Below, piece by piece: positions 37,368 to 49,362 of a DNA stretch of 64,000 nt. The notes below the pieces were generated by a model. That model had not been told where the DNA came from, did no database searches, and saw only the letters and a list, made by a program, of their open reading frames with translations. Position 1 is the stretch's first letter, and each line of letters opens with the position of its first letter. Both the position numbers and the translations under genes were made by a program. Source of the DNA: Podospora anserina. Taxonomy: Eukaryota. The DNA is taken from NCBI GenBank assembly GCA_017654855.1, contig CM030337.1, forward strand, positions 4,092,001-4,156,000. Direction: 5' to 3'.

Positions 37368-37825
37368 ATGTCCGTAACACATACCGTTCTCTTCCAGATC
37401 AAGGCCGATGCCGATGCTAATGATGTGAAGGCCGTGTGTACTTATTTCCTTGGCTTGACAGCCCGTCTGTGCTAACCTCAGTTGTCACATAGGCTTGAGA
37501 TCGCTTCATTGCGCTCAAAGACAGCTGCCTCCACCCCACAAGCAATACACCCTATATCAAGACGATCAAAGGTGGCAAGGACAACTCACCAGAGGGGCTC
37601 CAGGTGTGTGATGAGCTGAGGTACCTTCCATCCTAGGATATCATAATCTTACTGACAGTCAATCGAAAGAATGGCATCACCCACGGCTTCGTGGTTGAGT
37701 TCTCCTCGGCAGAGGACAGAGACTACTACGTCTCGACCGACCCTTCTCATCAGGCTTTTGTGAAGAGCATCGGCGCTTTGGTAGAGAAGGTCATCGTGGT
37801 AGACTTTGTTGACGGTCTGTACTAG
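37368..37825 (+). pseudogene. Stress-responsive A/B barrel (Dabb) protein with in-frame TGA at codon 24
   Basis: Absent from the ORF track. Exons 37368-37433, 37493-37603, 37670-37825 read MSVTHTVLFQIK..A*DRFIALKDSCLHP..GGKDNSPEGLQNGITHGFVVEF..DRDYYV..DPSH. Confidence 0.8.
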
Positions 37826-38202
37826 GTACCGACCTGTTGTGTCTTCCAGGTTGTCAGGCTTTTGGATGGCTTGGCTCCAAAAAAGCTTGCGAGTAGAAAT
37901 TTCAAGGTGTAAACTTTTTCTGTGCAAAGCCTAAATCACCACATCATCCCTGTGATCATAGTGTTCCAAAGTATCACGGTGCGATATAAGCTTTGTATCC
38001 ACTTACAGTACTGAGAGGCTTCATGATCTGTCGCCACAGCATGCAGTCATAATGTCGTGGCTGAGATTTGTGCTAAATCTAAAATACCAGTTTGTTTTAT
38101 CTTCCCTAAAATGCGAGCGTCTTCCAGTTGTCTTGACACGCCAGGTTCCAATTACCTTACCTATCATTCTGCCCCAGGTCATACTCACCTCTACACATAT
38201 CA

Positions 38203-38292
38203 ACGAGCCCACGAGCACCAAGAGCCCACGAACCCACGCGCCCACAAGCCCATGCGCCCACAAGCCCACGCACCTACGCGCTCACGAGACCA
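38203..38292. repeat. Degenerate 8-bp tandem repeat (consensus ACGAGCCC), about 11 copies
   Basis: acgagccc acgagcacc aagagccc acgaaccc acgcgccc acaagccc atgcgccc acaagccc acgcacct acgcgctc acgagacc. Confidence 0.85.
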
Positions 38293-38303
38293 CAATCACC
38301 AAC

Positions 38304-38888
38304 ATGGCGCCCAACAGCCCAGACGAAGGGGAGAACTCACGGTACCATACCCCACGGCCAGGCGCAGTCCGCACTCGCCGGCCCTCATGTTCGATCGAAC
38401 GCGGACGTGACCCATATGGGGACATAGATACCGAGCCGGCTCGCAGGTCTCGCTCCGTGCCTGCATACCCGGATCGAGCCAGGCAAGCTCTCGACTGGGA
38501 TACACTCCGCCATATAGTCACGTCATTGGCCCCCAACAACACTGCTGAGAACCAGACTAGTTCTGGAAGTCGGAGGCCGAGAAGAAGGAGAAACCGGCGC
38601 TGGGCAAAAAGGCGATGGGCAAAAAGAATGAAAGCGGAGAGTCAGAACCAAGCTGTGGACGAGTCAGATGACGAGCCATATGTTAGAGGGGATAGTGGGA
38701 AAGAGGATCTTGAGGGAGAACATAAGGAACAGGATCAACAGAGGCCTTTTGGGGTGAATTACGATGGTTTGTGGAGGAACGCACTGTCTGCCGATCGTGA
38801 CAGGATGCGCGCTTGCTTTTGGTACGGCGGGCGGAGCGCGCATATCGAGCCATCCTTCAGGGTGGATTCAGTGTGGACAATCACCTGA
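38304..38888 (+). CDS. Orphan basic/disordered protein whose C-terminus is truncated by a MITE
   Basis: CAACATGG start (MAPNSPDE); R/K-rich NLS-like segment; the stop codon lies inside the left TIR of the MITE. Confidence 0.5.
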   Translation: MAPNSPDEGENSRYHTPRPGAVRTRRPSCSIERGRDPYGDIDTEPARRSRSVPAYPDRARQALDWDTLRHIVTSLAPNNTAENQTSSGSRRPRRRRNRRWAKRRWAKRMKAESQNQAVDESDDEPYVRGDSGKEDLEGEHKEQDQQRPFGVNYDGLWRNALSADRDRMRACFWYGGRSAHIEPSFRVDSVWTIT

Positions 38889-39022
38889 GCCAAGTCAAGT
38901 CAACCCTATATTGGCCTGAGCCAAGTCAAGCCGTGATACCCTCAAGTCAAGCCGACCCGGAAATCCTGAGCCAAGTCAAGCCCAGAGCCGGCTCAGCTCA
39001 GATCAGTTGATTGTCCACACTG
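38869..39022. mobile_element. 154-bp non-autonomous hAT-like element (MITE)
   Basis: 20-bp TIRs CAGTGTGGACAATCACCTGA / TCAGTTGATTGTCCACACTG (19/20 match); 8-bp TSD GGTGGATT / GGCGGATT; internal CCTGAGCCAAGTCAAG x3. Confidence 0.85.
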
Positions 39023-39205
39023 GGCGGATTTGGACACATTGCTAGAATATAGGTATCATAATGTCTTCAGCCCAGAGCGAGTGATGGGCTGAGATGAAAA
39101 GTATATACAGGGAAGAGAGAAGGCGAAAAGATGTCAAGTAGGTATGTACACGAAGATCTAACGAATGACCTTGACTTCTCAAAAAAGCTGCTCCTGTTGC
39201 CATGA

Positions 39206-40184
39206 TCATGTGGAATAGTGAGCGACATATCCCACCTCCATCATCGAGCCGTAACCGTCGGCCGTGTTTCCGTTGGGGTACCCTGGCTGTTTGACCGTTA
39301 GCGCTACTCTCCCTTATGCATTCCTCGAATACAAGACCTACCCAGTCACCTCCTACAGCCACGTTGAGAATGAAGAAGAGCGGTTTCTGGGCCAAGCTCG
39401 CCCACACACCAGCATCGTTGATCTGATCGCCCCTGACCTGGTGGAACTGCTGCCCGTTCATGTACCAAGTTATGTGCTCGCTTCTCCAATCGGAAGAGGT
39501 CCTGTCAAAGATGACCCGCCACTTTTGCCAGCCTTGGTTGGGGATATTGATGGCCCCCCCTCGGCCGGTGGGCTCGTTGCAAGCGCCCCCTGGATAGACT
39601 AGGTAGGTACCGCATCTGTTAGCCACCTTCAACCATGCCTACCTGTGGTGCAGCAGGGATAATAACATACCATGGCAGTGAACCGTCCCATACCCCGTCA
39701 ACAACCCATTGACCGTCTCCATGATGTCCACCTCGCCACATGCCGGCCAGCCAGTCCCGGTCCGGATGCTTTGACCCAGCAGCCAAAACGCAGGCCAGAT
39801 CCCCTGCTTCTGAGAGATGTCATTCCCTCCAAATCTAATCTCGGCCTCTACCAACGTCCTTCTCCCTGCGCCCGGGGTGAAGGTGTACCTCGACTCTATT
39901 CTGCCAGATGTCCATTGAAGCTGGCTGTCGCGCCAGGGGACAATTTGAAGAGTCTGGCCACCAGAAAGCTGGATTTGCCTGGGGTCGGCGCGGTATGTCT
40001 GGAGCTCATTGTTGACGCCAATGTTTCGGTTGATAATGTCCCAGTTTGAAGAGGACGGGAGGGTGGCCGAGGAACCGGAAAAAGTGTCAGCCCAGAGGAG
40101 AGAGTAGCCCGCGTAAGAGGGAGGTTGATAAGCAGATGCCAACAGGGGCAAGAGAGGAAGGGCAAGATAGGAAGAAAGATGCAT
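39206..40184 (-). CDS. Secreted GH16 endo-beta-1,3(4)-glucanase; 3 exons
   Basis: Signal peptide, NNELQTY, WTSGRIES, GIWPAFW, catalytic EVDIME, LNVAVGGDWPG. Introns 39599-39670 and 39287-39341. Confidence 0.92.
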
Positions 40185-42002
40185 GGTGAGAGAGCTCAAC
40201 AAAAAAAAGGAGTGATAAGAAGAATAAGTATGTACAAGCGGTCGCTAAGATGAAAAGCTCAAATGTTTGCAAAGGAGTGTCTCAGAATCCAAGGAATGTG
40301 AAGGTGTCTTGGAAAAGGAATGTGGTTGAAGACCTAGACCCTAGCCTCTCAAGACCGAAACACAGGAAGAGAGGCTCAACTTATATACAGATTCCTGTCG
40401 GCCATCTAGAACCTGACATCTGGGTCTGGAGTAAATGAAGCGGTGCCATGAAGTGACCAGTTAGGAGCACGAGAGGGTGCACTGTGATAGCAACAAACCA
40501 CATGGGATCCATGCTACCCCTGCTTCGACATGGCAAAGTCCACAAGATCAGGTCAGGGCATCTTCCCAAGTGGTCACCTCCGGTGTATGCCACGCCGTCC
40601 CCACAGTGACTTCTTCAGAAAACATGCAACGGTGTAACATGAAACCCAGGACTTGCGGAGCTGTCTTGGTAGCAGGCGGTTCAGGCCGTTATGGCCCACT
40701 CGTCCACAGCCTGGTACGGTAGTCAGCCTGGTCGAGGCCTGGAAAAGGATGGTAAGGGAATAATTGGGGCGTAAGGTTCATGCGGCCCATTCTGGGGTCT
40801 TGACGAGGTGATTGGGCATCCCTTGAGATCTTCCAGGGGTACATAGGCTCGGCACGCAAACTGTGCCTCCTATTAAGCACTCTGGCACATCTCCCGCTTC
40901 AAGACTCAGGATTTCTGGGGCTGCAAACCCGCTGAATGGGCCACTGCTTAGTCTTGGAAGTGCTCCATGCGATTATTGGGCGTCGGACAAAATCTGCAAA
41001 CTGGCAGGCTTCGACCTCATGCCTTATGACTGAGATCCTGTCATCAACGCTCAAGTGCTCAGATGGAGCCGGAAATAAAGCTGTCAGGGGGTCGACCGTT
41101 TCTGACAAAAGGCAGTCATCAAGCCAGTTGCATTGAAACGAGACCAAAGTACCGCTCGGCCGGGTCCCAAAAAGGACAATGGTTCCCGGGTTGATGACAC
41201 ATCTACCCCAGCTTTTGGGTTGCATTGGGGACATCTGCTGGCCGGTGCACACGGTAGTTGCGCCGAACTGCATCTTTGAGGAATTTTGCAGACCATAGAC
41301 ACTTGATCGCATGTGAAGCTAGTGTAACGTTGTCTCTGAACTGTTGTAAACGTTGCTTAAAGGGTTCAAACAAACTGTGCAGGTTTTCCTCTGAAAAGAG
41401 TTGACACTTCTGACTCTGGTGAGACTGAAGCCGCCGAGAGCAAGATGAAAACTCTTTCTTCATGATTTCGAATTCTTTTGGCTGATTTGGTACCAGGGAT
41501 GGTGGACAATGTGTCAAAACAGGACAGAGACAAGTGATGTGAGCAATGCCATTGGCCGGCGGGAAAACAGGGTAAATGGGCAAAGAACGCCAAAAAGGGG
41601 CGCACTTACGCCACTCACACCTTTTTTTTTCCCTTGGGGAATTAAGTGGGTCGGTTAACTGATATCCAGATGCTCAAGCCTCAGTCATTGTGGAAGAGAG
41701 GTTTCCACGCTTATCAGATGAATGGCTTTGAGGATCGAGTTTAGTTTTGGAGGCGCCAAAACTCTATCCCTAAGTGGATCTTTGCTGCCTGGCTCCATCA
41801 TGACATGTATCTAAAGTTGGATTGCCAGACGGCAATTATGATTGAATCTAACTTTGCAAAGGACAAACCTTCGACCTGGCGTCTTCCTTTTCACGAATGG
41901 CTACAAAGAGGAGACACCAGTTAAAAACTGCGATTCTCTTCTCCTTTTCTCGATTTCGCAACTCAACAAACTACTTAGTACAGAGAACATTCAGATTCAA
42001 AA

Positions 42003-42249
42003 CATGTCAGTCACAATAATGATCAAGGCCCACGACCTCTCGCGGTTCCAGGGCCTGCCTTTGGAGATTCAGGATACTATCCTGAAAGAAGTTGTACGCA
42101 TGAGGTTTCCAGAGCAATCTCTTCGCAGAGAAGCGATTGACCTCATCTCTGTCATGCGCGCCGGTAGAAGAGCTCGTGCTTCCGAGATTCGGAACCCAAA
42201 CGCTGGTCGGAATTTTAACAAGACTCGGCGAGGTCGAAAGAGATTTTAG
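42003..42249 (+). CDS. Possible small basic hypothetical protein (~81 aa, MSVTIMIK..)
   Basis: AAACATG context after a pyrimidine-rich leader; FQGLPLEIQDTIL resembles F-box/2EXR-like starts. Otherwise unsupported. Confidence 0.3.
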
Positions 42250-42673
42250 TTTCAACACCCGACTTTATCATTGTTCATCGTTCCTCGACAACTCCCTACT
42301 ACCTTAGTAGCACGCGTTTTCTCTTCCCCATTCAGCCTTGACAGAATCGTGGCTATGAATGTGGTTTCCCACTGATATTAAAAATCCATCATAGGTAGGT
42401 AGCTTTGCCCCCTTCCGTCATGGTCTTCTTTTGTTGATAACAGGAAAAAAAAGGACAAAACTTTTGTCATACAACAACATACCTAAGCTAATGTACCTAG
42501 GTAAGGTAGGTTACCCCTCCCTCTCCAGCTCCCCGGTTACATCACCCGCCGGCGCTAAGTTCCCCACTTCCGAGGTTCACCGGATGCCTTTCTTCTTCTC
42601 ATCATCCGACACATCATCCCACCAACCTCAGCACCCATTTCAACCTTCAGATCAGGCCCCCAAGAGCTTCAAC

Positions 42674-43408
42674 ATGACAGAGCCCAACCAAACCCGCTTC
42701 AACCAAGAAGCCGCAAACTGGGACTCCAACCCCTCGGTCGTCCTCGCCACTGAACTTGCCGTCGAATCGTACCTCCCTTTCTGCAGCGCCTCGTTTGATA
42801 TCCTCGATTTGGGCTGCGGGACAGGCCTTTTGTCTCTCCTTCTCGCTCCTCATGTGAGATCGATCACAGCAGTTGATTCGGCCTCGGGAATGATCGATGT
42901 CCTCACAGCCAAGCTTTCTTCCTCTGGCTCTCACCAAAACGTCAAAAATGTTCTCGCTGTGTGCGCACTTTTGCAGGATCCGGATGATGCAAGGCTTCAA
43001 ATCGACCCGTTGACAAAAGCCACCCTGGGATCTGAGACACGGGCGAGGACGTTTGACCTTGTGGTATCGCACCTGGTATTGCACCATATCCCGGATCTGG
43101 CGGCCGTTTTCAAGACGATTTACGGGTTGCTGAAACCAGGAGGCAAAGTTGCGGTGACTGACTTTGAGGACTTCGGGCCCGAGGCGAGGAAGTTTCATCC
43201 CGAGAGCAAGATGGATGGGGTGGAGAGGCATGGGGTCAAAAGAGAGGATATTCAGAAGATCATTGAAGAGGCTGGATTTGAGAGCGTGACGGTGGAAACA
43301 GCGTTCGAGTTGCCCAAGAGGGTGGAGAGTGAGCCTGGAAAGGGGGATATTGAGAGCGGGCCGACAAAGGTTTTCCCTTTTCTTATCTGCAGCGGCACGA
43401 AGCCATGA
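42674..43408 (+). CDS. Class I SAM-dependent methyltransferase
   Basis: FNQEAANWD, ILDLGCGTG, AVDSASGM, FDLVVSHLVLHH, LLKPGG; intronless. Confidence 0.9.
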   Translation: MTEPNQTRFNQEAANWDSNPSVVLATELAVESYLPFCSASFDILDLGCGTGLLSLLLAPHVRSITAVDSASGMIDVLTAKLSSSGSHQNVKNVLAVCALLQDPDDARLQIDPLTKATLGSETRARTFDLVVSHLVLHHIPDLAAVFKTIYGLLKPGGKVAVTDFEDFGPEARKFHPESKMDGVERHGVKREDIQKIIEEAGFESVTVETAFELPKRVESEPGKGDIESGPTKVFPFLICSGTKP

Positions 43409-43801
43409 TTTTCAGTGGACCATGAGAGGAAATGGACAGGCAAATGCTTTCACCATTGTTGGCAGTCCCGTCAGTGAGTGTGTAAACGACTATCCAAATA
43501 GCAGAACGACGCTGCTGGTGTGCTTCAAATCCAACCTGCTGCTTCATTCTCGTTGCCAGGTTCTCTTTCCTGCAGTTGATCTGACGGTTACCTAGAGAGG
43601 CAAGTGCTCCTAGAACTGGTTGGGAAGTGGCCGACATACTACCAGAAGGGGCGCCCCAGATGTCGACTCGTGTTTCGCCTCCGACCAGTCCCATTCCATC
43701 CCATCAGCTCCAGAACACATCATCTAATCCAACCTTTGTCCACACCCCATCAACAGCATATACCCTCCCAGTCTCCCACGGAAGCCAGTCAACCTACAAC
43801 C

Positions 43802-44440
43802 ATGCCCACCGACCTGCGGGATGTTACGAAGCCTCCTGGCTGTTCAGGCGGCCCCCCTGGACCATTGCCTTTTGCACCAGACACCAAAAAGATAACGCCA
43901 GTTCATGAGCCATATGTTCCAGGCGTCACATTCAGCAACCCATTCAACGAGGACCCCCAAACCAGAGCAAGGCGTGACGCACAGGATTTTATCGAGCATC
44001 AACGCAAAGATTGGGAAAACGCAACGAAAAGGGCAAAGCAAGAGTGGGACGCGCTCTTTGAGAAGCAACGGCCTGAACAGCCCGAACAGCCCGAACAGAG
44101 ACGGACACGTCCATGTGACAGCGGTACCAACGACCGCATCAACTTCGACCGCCCCTCCCGCCGCGCCTCCTCCAGCAAGTCCAACAACCACAACATCCTC
44201 AAGCGCTTCTCCCTCGCCCCCTCGGGCAAATCCAAATCCTCCACCACTCACACCAAAAGCTCCCGCAGCCAGAAGTTCAGAGATGGCACGAAAAAGATAG
44301 CCGAGAGCGTGAAATCCCAGTCCAAGTCTGTGCTTGGCAAAATAAAGAAATTCAGGTCCTGGTTCAAGAAGAGGCTGGGCAACAACAAGAAGAAGAAGAA
44401 GAGGAAGCCGAGCAAGAAGAGGAAGCAAAAGACAGCTTGA
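43802..44440 (+). CDS. Hypothetical basic protein with coiled-coil and poly-Lys/Arg tail
   Basis: ACCATG start (MPTDLRD); 212-aa ORF; (PEQ)3; C-terminal NKKKKKRKPSKKRKQK. Confidence 0.55.
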   Translation: MPTDLRDVTKPPGCSGGPPGPLPFAPDTKKITPVHEPYVPGVTFSNPFNEDPQTRARRDAQDFIEHQRKDWENATKRAKQEWDALFEKQRPEQPEQPEQRRTRPCDSGTNDRINFDRPSRRASSSKSNNHNILKRFSLAPSGKSKSSTTHTKSSRSQKFRDGTKKIAESVKSQSKSVLGKIKKFRSWFKKRLGNNKKKKKRKPSKKRKQKTA

Positions 44441-45018
44441 TGTTCAAGCTGGAGGGTGCAGCTGGAGAATCCGACGGATGCGGGGGTGGTTTGGCAAGAA
44501 GTAACAATGACCTGGGTTGAACTCGCTCAAGGCTTACAGACACAGAGACTTGAGATTGGAATCGACACTCCTGTTCTGCTGCTGTCGTATGATGCGGCAG
44601 ACAATCTGTATACAACAGCAAGCATGCAGTAAGAGGTAGATATTTGGTAAAGGCTGGATAGGGTACATTCAGGGGTAATAATACCATCGACAAGAACGCT
44701 CTCTATCTGATGTAATGTGCCTTGAAATAGGACAGCACTCTTTACCCGCAAACCGCCAGATTACACTCAACATTAAAGCTAGTCTACTACTGCATCGAAC
44801 TATAAGGATATATACCTGTGACTTGAAGCACCAAAAAAGATAATAAAAAACGCGAAGAGCATCATCCAGGAGCAAACTGGCGATCAACAAGGCTGACGAT
44901 GAAGATGATACAAGAATAAAAATACGTTCCGCCCTTGCAAAGAAGCCCTCTTCCTTTTCCAAAACACAGATGACACCCGGTATGCAAACTCTCTGAACCC
45001 TTATCCCAAATGCATGCA

Positions 45019-45059
45019 TGTGTGTGTGTGTGTGTGTGTGTGCGTGTGTGTGCGTGTGT
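45019..45059. repeat. (TG)n microsatellite
   Basis: Directly visible, just past the stop codon of the hydrolase gene. Confidence 0.95.
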
Positions 45060-45067
45060 AGACAACT

Positions 45068-48000
45068 TCATCTCGCCTGTCCAATCGTCCCTCTTCTTCC
45101 CCTCCCCTCTTCTCTCCGCGTGGTCGCACCTGTGACTCTGCTCCACTCTTCCCACTCCTGGCTGATCTCCATCAGCACTCCGCCCATGACCTGGGCACTC
45201 GCCATCAAACCGTGGCCCTCGCCCTCGAGCACCCGCACCTCACACCGGCGCATGGTCTTGCCCAGCCATCTGACATTATCGACGGGCACGCGCGTGTCGC
45301 GGCTGCCGTGGTGGATAATCACCGGTCGGGTGATGTCGACGTACCGGAAGCCAATCGTGTGGCGCCGCTCGAGGCACACAAGCAGATCGACGGCGGGGTT
45401 GGCTCCGGTGGTGGCCAGCTGCCAGATGGAATGCGTCAGCCGGTTGTCGTACAGCTCCTGTCTTTCACGGTCAGCCAGCTGCGAGGTAGCAAGCGCCGCT
45501 GCCGCCGACAGGAGATCCTCCTTGTCCGAAGTCCGCCGGTTTCCTTGCTGTGTCGAGTTGGACCGATTGTGACGGTGACCCATGTTATCGCCGCCGGTAG
45601 GGTTCGTCTCCGTTGGTTTTACGTGGTCCATGTACTCGTCGGCCGCCGGAATCTGAGAGGCGCCCTTGGACCCGTCATCGTGCATGCGGTTCTCCTTATT
45701 GTCCGCACCATGTGACGAGCTTTTGGACTGCTCCTTGCTCTCCCTGGCCGCGTTATTCTTCCTCTCTCGCCGTGCTCGCTTTTGCTTCGGTAGAGAGCTA
45801 GTGATGCTGGAACTGGTGGCCGTCATGAAGCTGCTGTTGGCGGCCTTGAGAATAGGGGTAGGGAGGGCGCGCAATATCCGTTGGCTTGTGGGGATGGCAT
45901 TTGTTGGTGGTAAAGGCGTCTGCGCGCTCGATCCTATGACATTCATTTGCGACGGTGGAATCCATGGCGCCAAGAGGTGTATCCTGCCACGAATGTGTTG
46001 GGGCATACGAAGTGCCGTGGCCAGCGCGTAGATGGCTCCGGCTGAATGGGCTAGAATGGAGAACTTGGTGATTTTGAGCGATTGGCAGATTGCATAGACA
46101 TCATCTGAACCCAGTTAGTATCAGCCTCAGCTAGACTAGAAAGTGATAGAAAATAACATACCGGGCCAGCCCAAAGGTGTTGCAGTCCCCTCAGCGTATG
46201 GCTCGCTGTCTCCCACGCCAGGGCGGTCTGGGGTGATCAGCCGGAGCTTGAGGGTCAATGCCAGCTCATCATAAAACGCCGTGATATATCTCGTCAGCCC
46301 CATGCCGACACAGCAAAACACAGCGCTTCCATTCGGGTCGCCAACCTCACTAAAGCTGATGACACGTCCCGTCTGTGGGTGCCGAATCTTTTGGCTCAGC
46401 CGAGGGCTACAAAGGTAGCTTTCCACCGCGTCGTCGATACTATCCGCACTCGGTGGTCGCTCGTACGCAATGTGTGGGTGGTCACCTTTCGAATGGCTCG
46501 ATGCACGATGATCTAAGGCCTTGTCGGGGGTCGGACTTGGGGCTCCAGAGAGTCTCTTGAGCCGAGTGCTGCTCCGCTTCGACTTAACAGCGACACCACC
46601 GCCCTCGCTTGCGTATCCACCAAAAGGATCAGGGGTGGTTCTGCCGGATCGTCGTCGTTTCGCATCGGTGCTGGTCTCGCGGTCTCTGCGGCGTCCTTGA
46701 GCAATGGCCGGCGACGGTGCGCCGTCGTCGAGGGGCTCCAAATCAGGAAACATGCTGGCCATGGGCGTTACAGGAGGGGCGCTGTGTACTTCAGGTTGAA
46801 GCCTGTCCGAGCTGTACTGCGGGATGTCGGCGGAGAGCCTCAGAGGATCGAGCGGCTTCTGTCTGGAGTTTCGTGACTTTGTGTCGTCAAAAAAGGCACG
46901 GCCCTCGGAGCCTTGTTCTTCAAGCTCGGGGATAGTCCCGCTTTCACGCTTTGAGTTCCGCGAGGCACGGGTAGAGGAGCGCTTAGCACCACTTCCCGTC
47001 TTCCTCAGGGATGAGTCTCTGGTAGGGATGGCCCTTGGACTGGAAAGCGTGCTGCTCAGACCGTCTCTGCCAAGGTCGAGGTTCGTTTCCTCGTTGATTA
47101 TGGACTCGGCCGAAAGTGGATCCAGTCGCGGTGTTGTGCTTCCACTCGGGGGGTTATATCCTGGAGTGCCGTAGCTGGTTCTCTTCTTGTCGGCTTCCTT
47201 TTCTCGCAGGATTTCCTTGCTGCTCATATACTTGAGGCTGCGCTGACTTCGTCCGTTCTTCCAGCCCCAGCTTTCAAAGGACCGCTGCTTTCTGAGTCCG
47301 TGTCCTTCGGGGCCCGGTGAGACGGGCTCGTTCCTGGTTTCGACACTGAGCTTCCCGAAGCTGTTGCCGATGCTCTCTGCTCCTCCCGATGTCAATGATC
47401 CCTTGCTTGACGGCCGAGACAAGGCACTGCTGCTCCCTCGTGACAGGAGGCCCTTTAATCCGCCAGAACTCTCCCTCGGGCCGGCGCTCTTCGGAGACTT
47501 GGGTGCTGTGAGTACAGACAGGCCACTTGGGGGCTTGGAGGTCCGGATCACCGGAGGGCTCGCAGCAAGTTCATCTAACGGCACATCCTCCTCTCTGAGA
47601 TCTCCCAAGGACGGTTTGGAAAAGGCGCCGTAGTCGACGCCAAACGAACCACCGCCGGCGGCCTGTGTGGGCGACCCGGGAAAGGAGATGCTGATGGGGC
47701 TTCCTGGTCCGATGGGCGCGAGGTAGGACGGGCTGTCAAAGTGGTTGCTGAGCGGCCTCGATATGGCCGACAGGGATGTGATGAGGGACGATATTACTTC
47801 GGGTGACGCAGGCGTGGGTGGGGCGGCGATGGTGTGTTCAGAGTCTCGTCCTCTTTCTTTGGGTTTGGGGTAACGGTTGGCGTAAACCTGTCGGTCTCGG
47901 TCGGTCCAGTCGGCAAAGATGTCGGGCTCTCGATCGCGCCTCGAGTCGAGGATAGGAGGAGGGTCGAGGGCGAGACGGCGGGAGTCCGAATGACGAGGAC

Positions 48001-48079
48001 GGTCTCGCTCGCGGGACTTGCGGGGAATTGCAGGCGGTGGTGGTACGACGGACGACAACTCCAGGTGGTGGTGGTCCAT
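45068..48079 (-). CDS. Alpha/beta-hydrolase-domain protein with long disordered N-terminus; 2 exons
   Basis: ISFSEVGDP, LITPDRPGVGDS, nucleophile AHSAG, HHGSRDTRVP, EGHGLM. Intron 46105-46161. Confidence 0.88.
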
Positions 48080-49277
48080 GGTGGCGGAGGCAGAGGGCGG
48101 CGGGCGCGGCGCGGGACGAGGGGCTAGGTATTAACGTTCGGGGCCAACCTGGTTGACGGGCAGGCTAATGTGTTGAGACGCTCTCCTGCAGGACGAAGCG
48201 ATCGCCGGTCGAAACGGAAAACGTCACGGTACCGGGAAACTCCCCTCTGGCCAACGGTGGCTTGCAGACGCGAGGAGGTCCTTGGTCAAAGCCCACACGC
48301 GCTAGACAAGCAGCATCGTTGGAAGAAAAGAGGGAGAGGAGCAGCGAGGAGAGTCGCCAAGCGGGGATGGCGCAGGACAGTCAGGGACAATTGCTGCAGC
48401 ACAACGAGACCTGTGTGGTTGCGACGACTGGAATTGACTTTTTCGATTTGATGAACCCCCCAAAAAAATAACAGCCGGACCGTGCGCTTCGAGGGTCAGC
48501 TGGACAAATAAGAGTATCTTACGAGGACATAACAGATGGGTAATGTTAGTATTTGCCTGCTGAAAACCCCCAGGCAGCTAACTCCAGCATGATGGAGAGG
48601 GAGAGAGAGAAAAAAAAGAAATACTTTATTACTTCTGCAGGAATAAAGAATCACAGTACGGTGTCACGGTGCTCTGGCCTCTCGCGCGCCTTGTGGTCTT
48701 GTGGTCCCCGGGCCCCTGAATTGGCTGGTCCATCCAATTGGGACCCTGAAAGCAGCTGTGGGAGCACGGGCCATCTGCAATCTGCATGCACCTGCCCCTC
48801 CCTTCCCCACGCGTGCATTTCAAGTGCCCCGTCTCCCCTGATTGACCCCGAGAGGGAGCTCAACAAGAGAGTGAATGCTACCGTGCAGAGGAAGCGAGGA
48901 CGATCTGATGGAATAGACAAGGTCAAGACGTTGCATTCTGAACTTGTTCTATCTCAAAGACCCACGTACTGGACCTCGGCAGCATCTTATAATGGAAGAT
49001 TGCCTCTTCTAGAAGACGACGAGCGGGCCGTCCCTTTGCAGTTGATGAAGCTCGTCGTCCTTCAGTTGACTCCCCATCAACGCGAGACAAGTGACACAGC
49101 CCGTTTTCGCTGTAGGGTTGCTTTTCTGTGGTGATCAATCATCACCGCATGGACCGTTCCCGACCATACAATCATGTTGGAAGAGTGTCGATCGAAGCCA
49201 TTAAGATAAAATCATCACATGCTGCGGCTAGCCCTCATAGACTTAAACTACTCCCAATATTTGAACAATTAAATACG

Positions 49278-49362
49278 GCGCGGTTAGTTTAGTGGTTAGA
49301 ATCCTCGCTTCCCATCTCACGTGGACAAGCGAGGGACCCGGGTTCGAATCCCGGATCGCGCA
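49278..49362 (+). tRNA. tRNA-Gly (anticodon CCC) with 13-nt intron
   Basis: GCGCGGT/ATCGCGC acceptor stem plus A; CTCGC-TTCCCA[tctcacgtggaca]A-GCGAG anticodon arm; CCGGG-TTCGAAT-CCCGG T arm; T-run downstream. Confidence 0.92.

Noticed and set aside
37496-37498. Selenocysteine recoding of the Dabb TGA
   Set aside because: Ascomycetes are not known to have Sec machinery and no SECIS hairpin was recognised.
38881-38985. CCTGAGCCAAGTCAAG repeats with short spacers as a CRISPR-like array
   Set aside because: Eukaryotic DNA, only 16-bp repeats, irregular short spacers; explained as MITE subterminal repeats.
40250-41800. Gene-free 1.5-kb stretch with short ORFs
   Set aside because: No motifs, splice-consistent model, terminal repeats or clear RIP bias; treated as intergenic.
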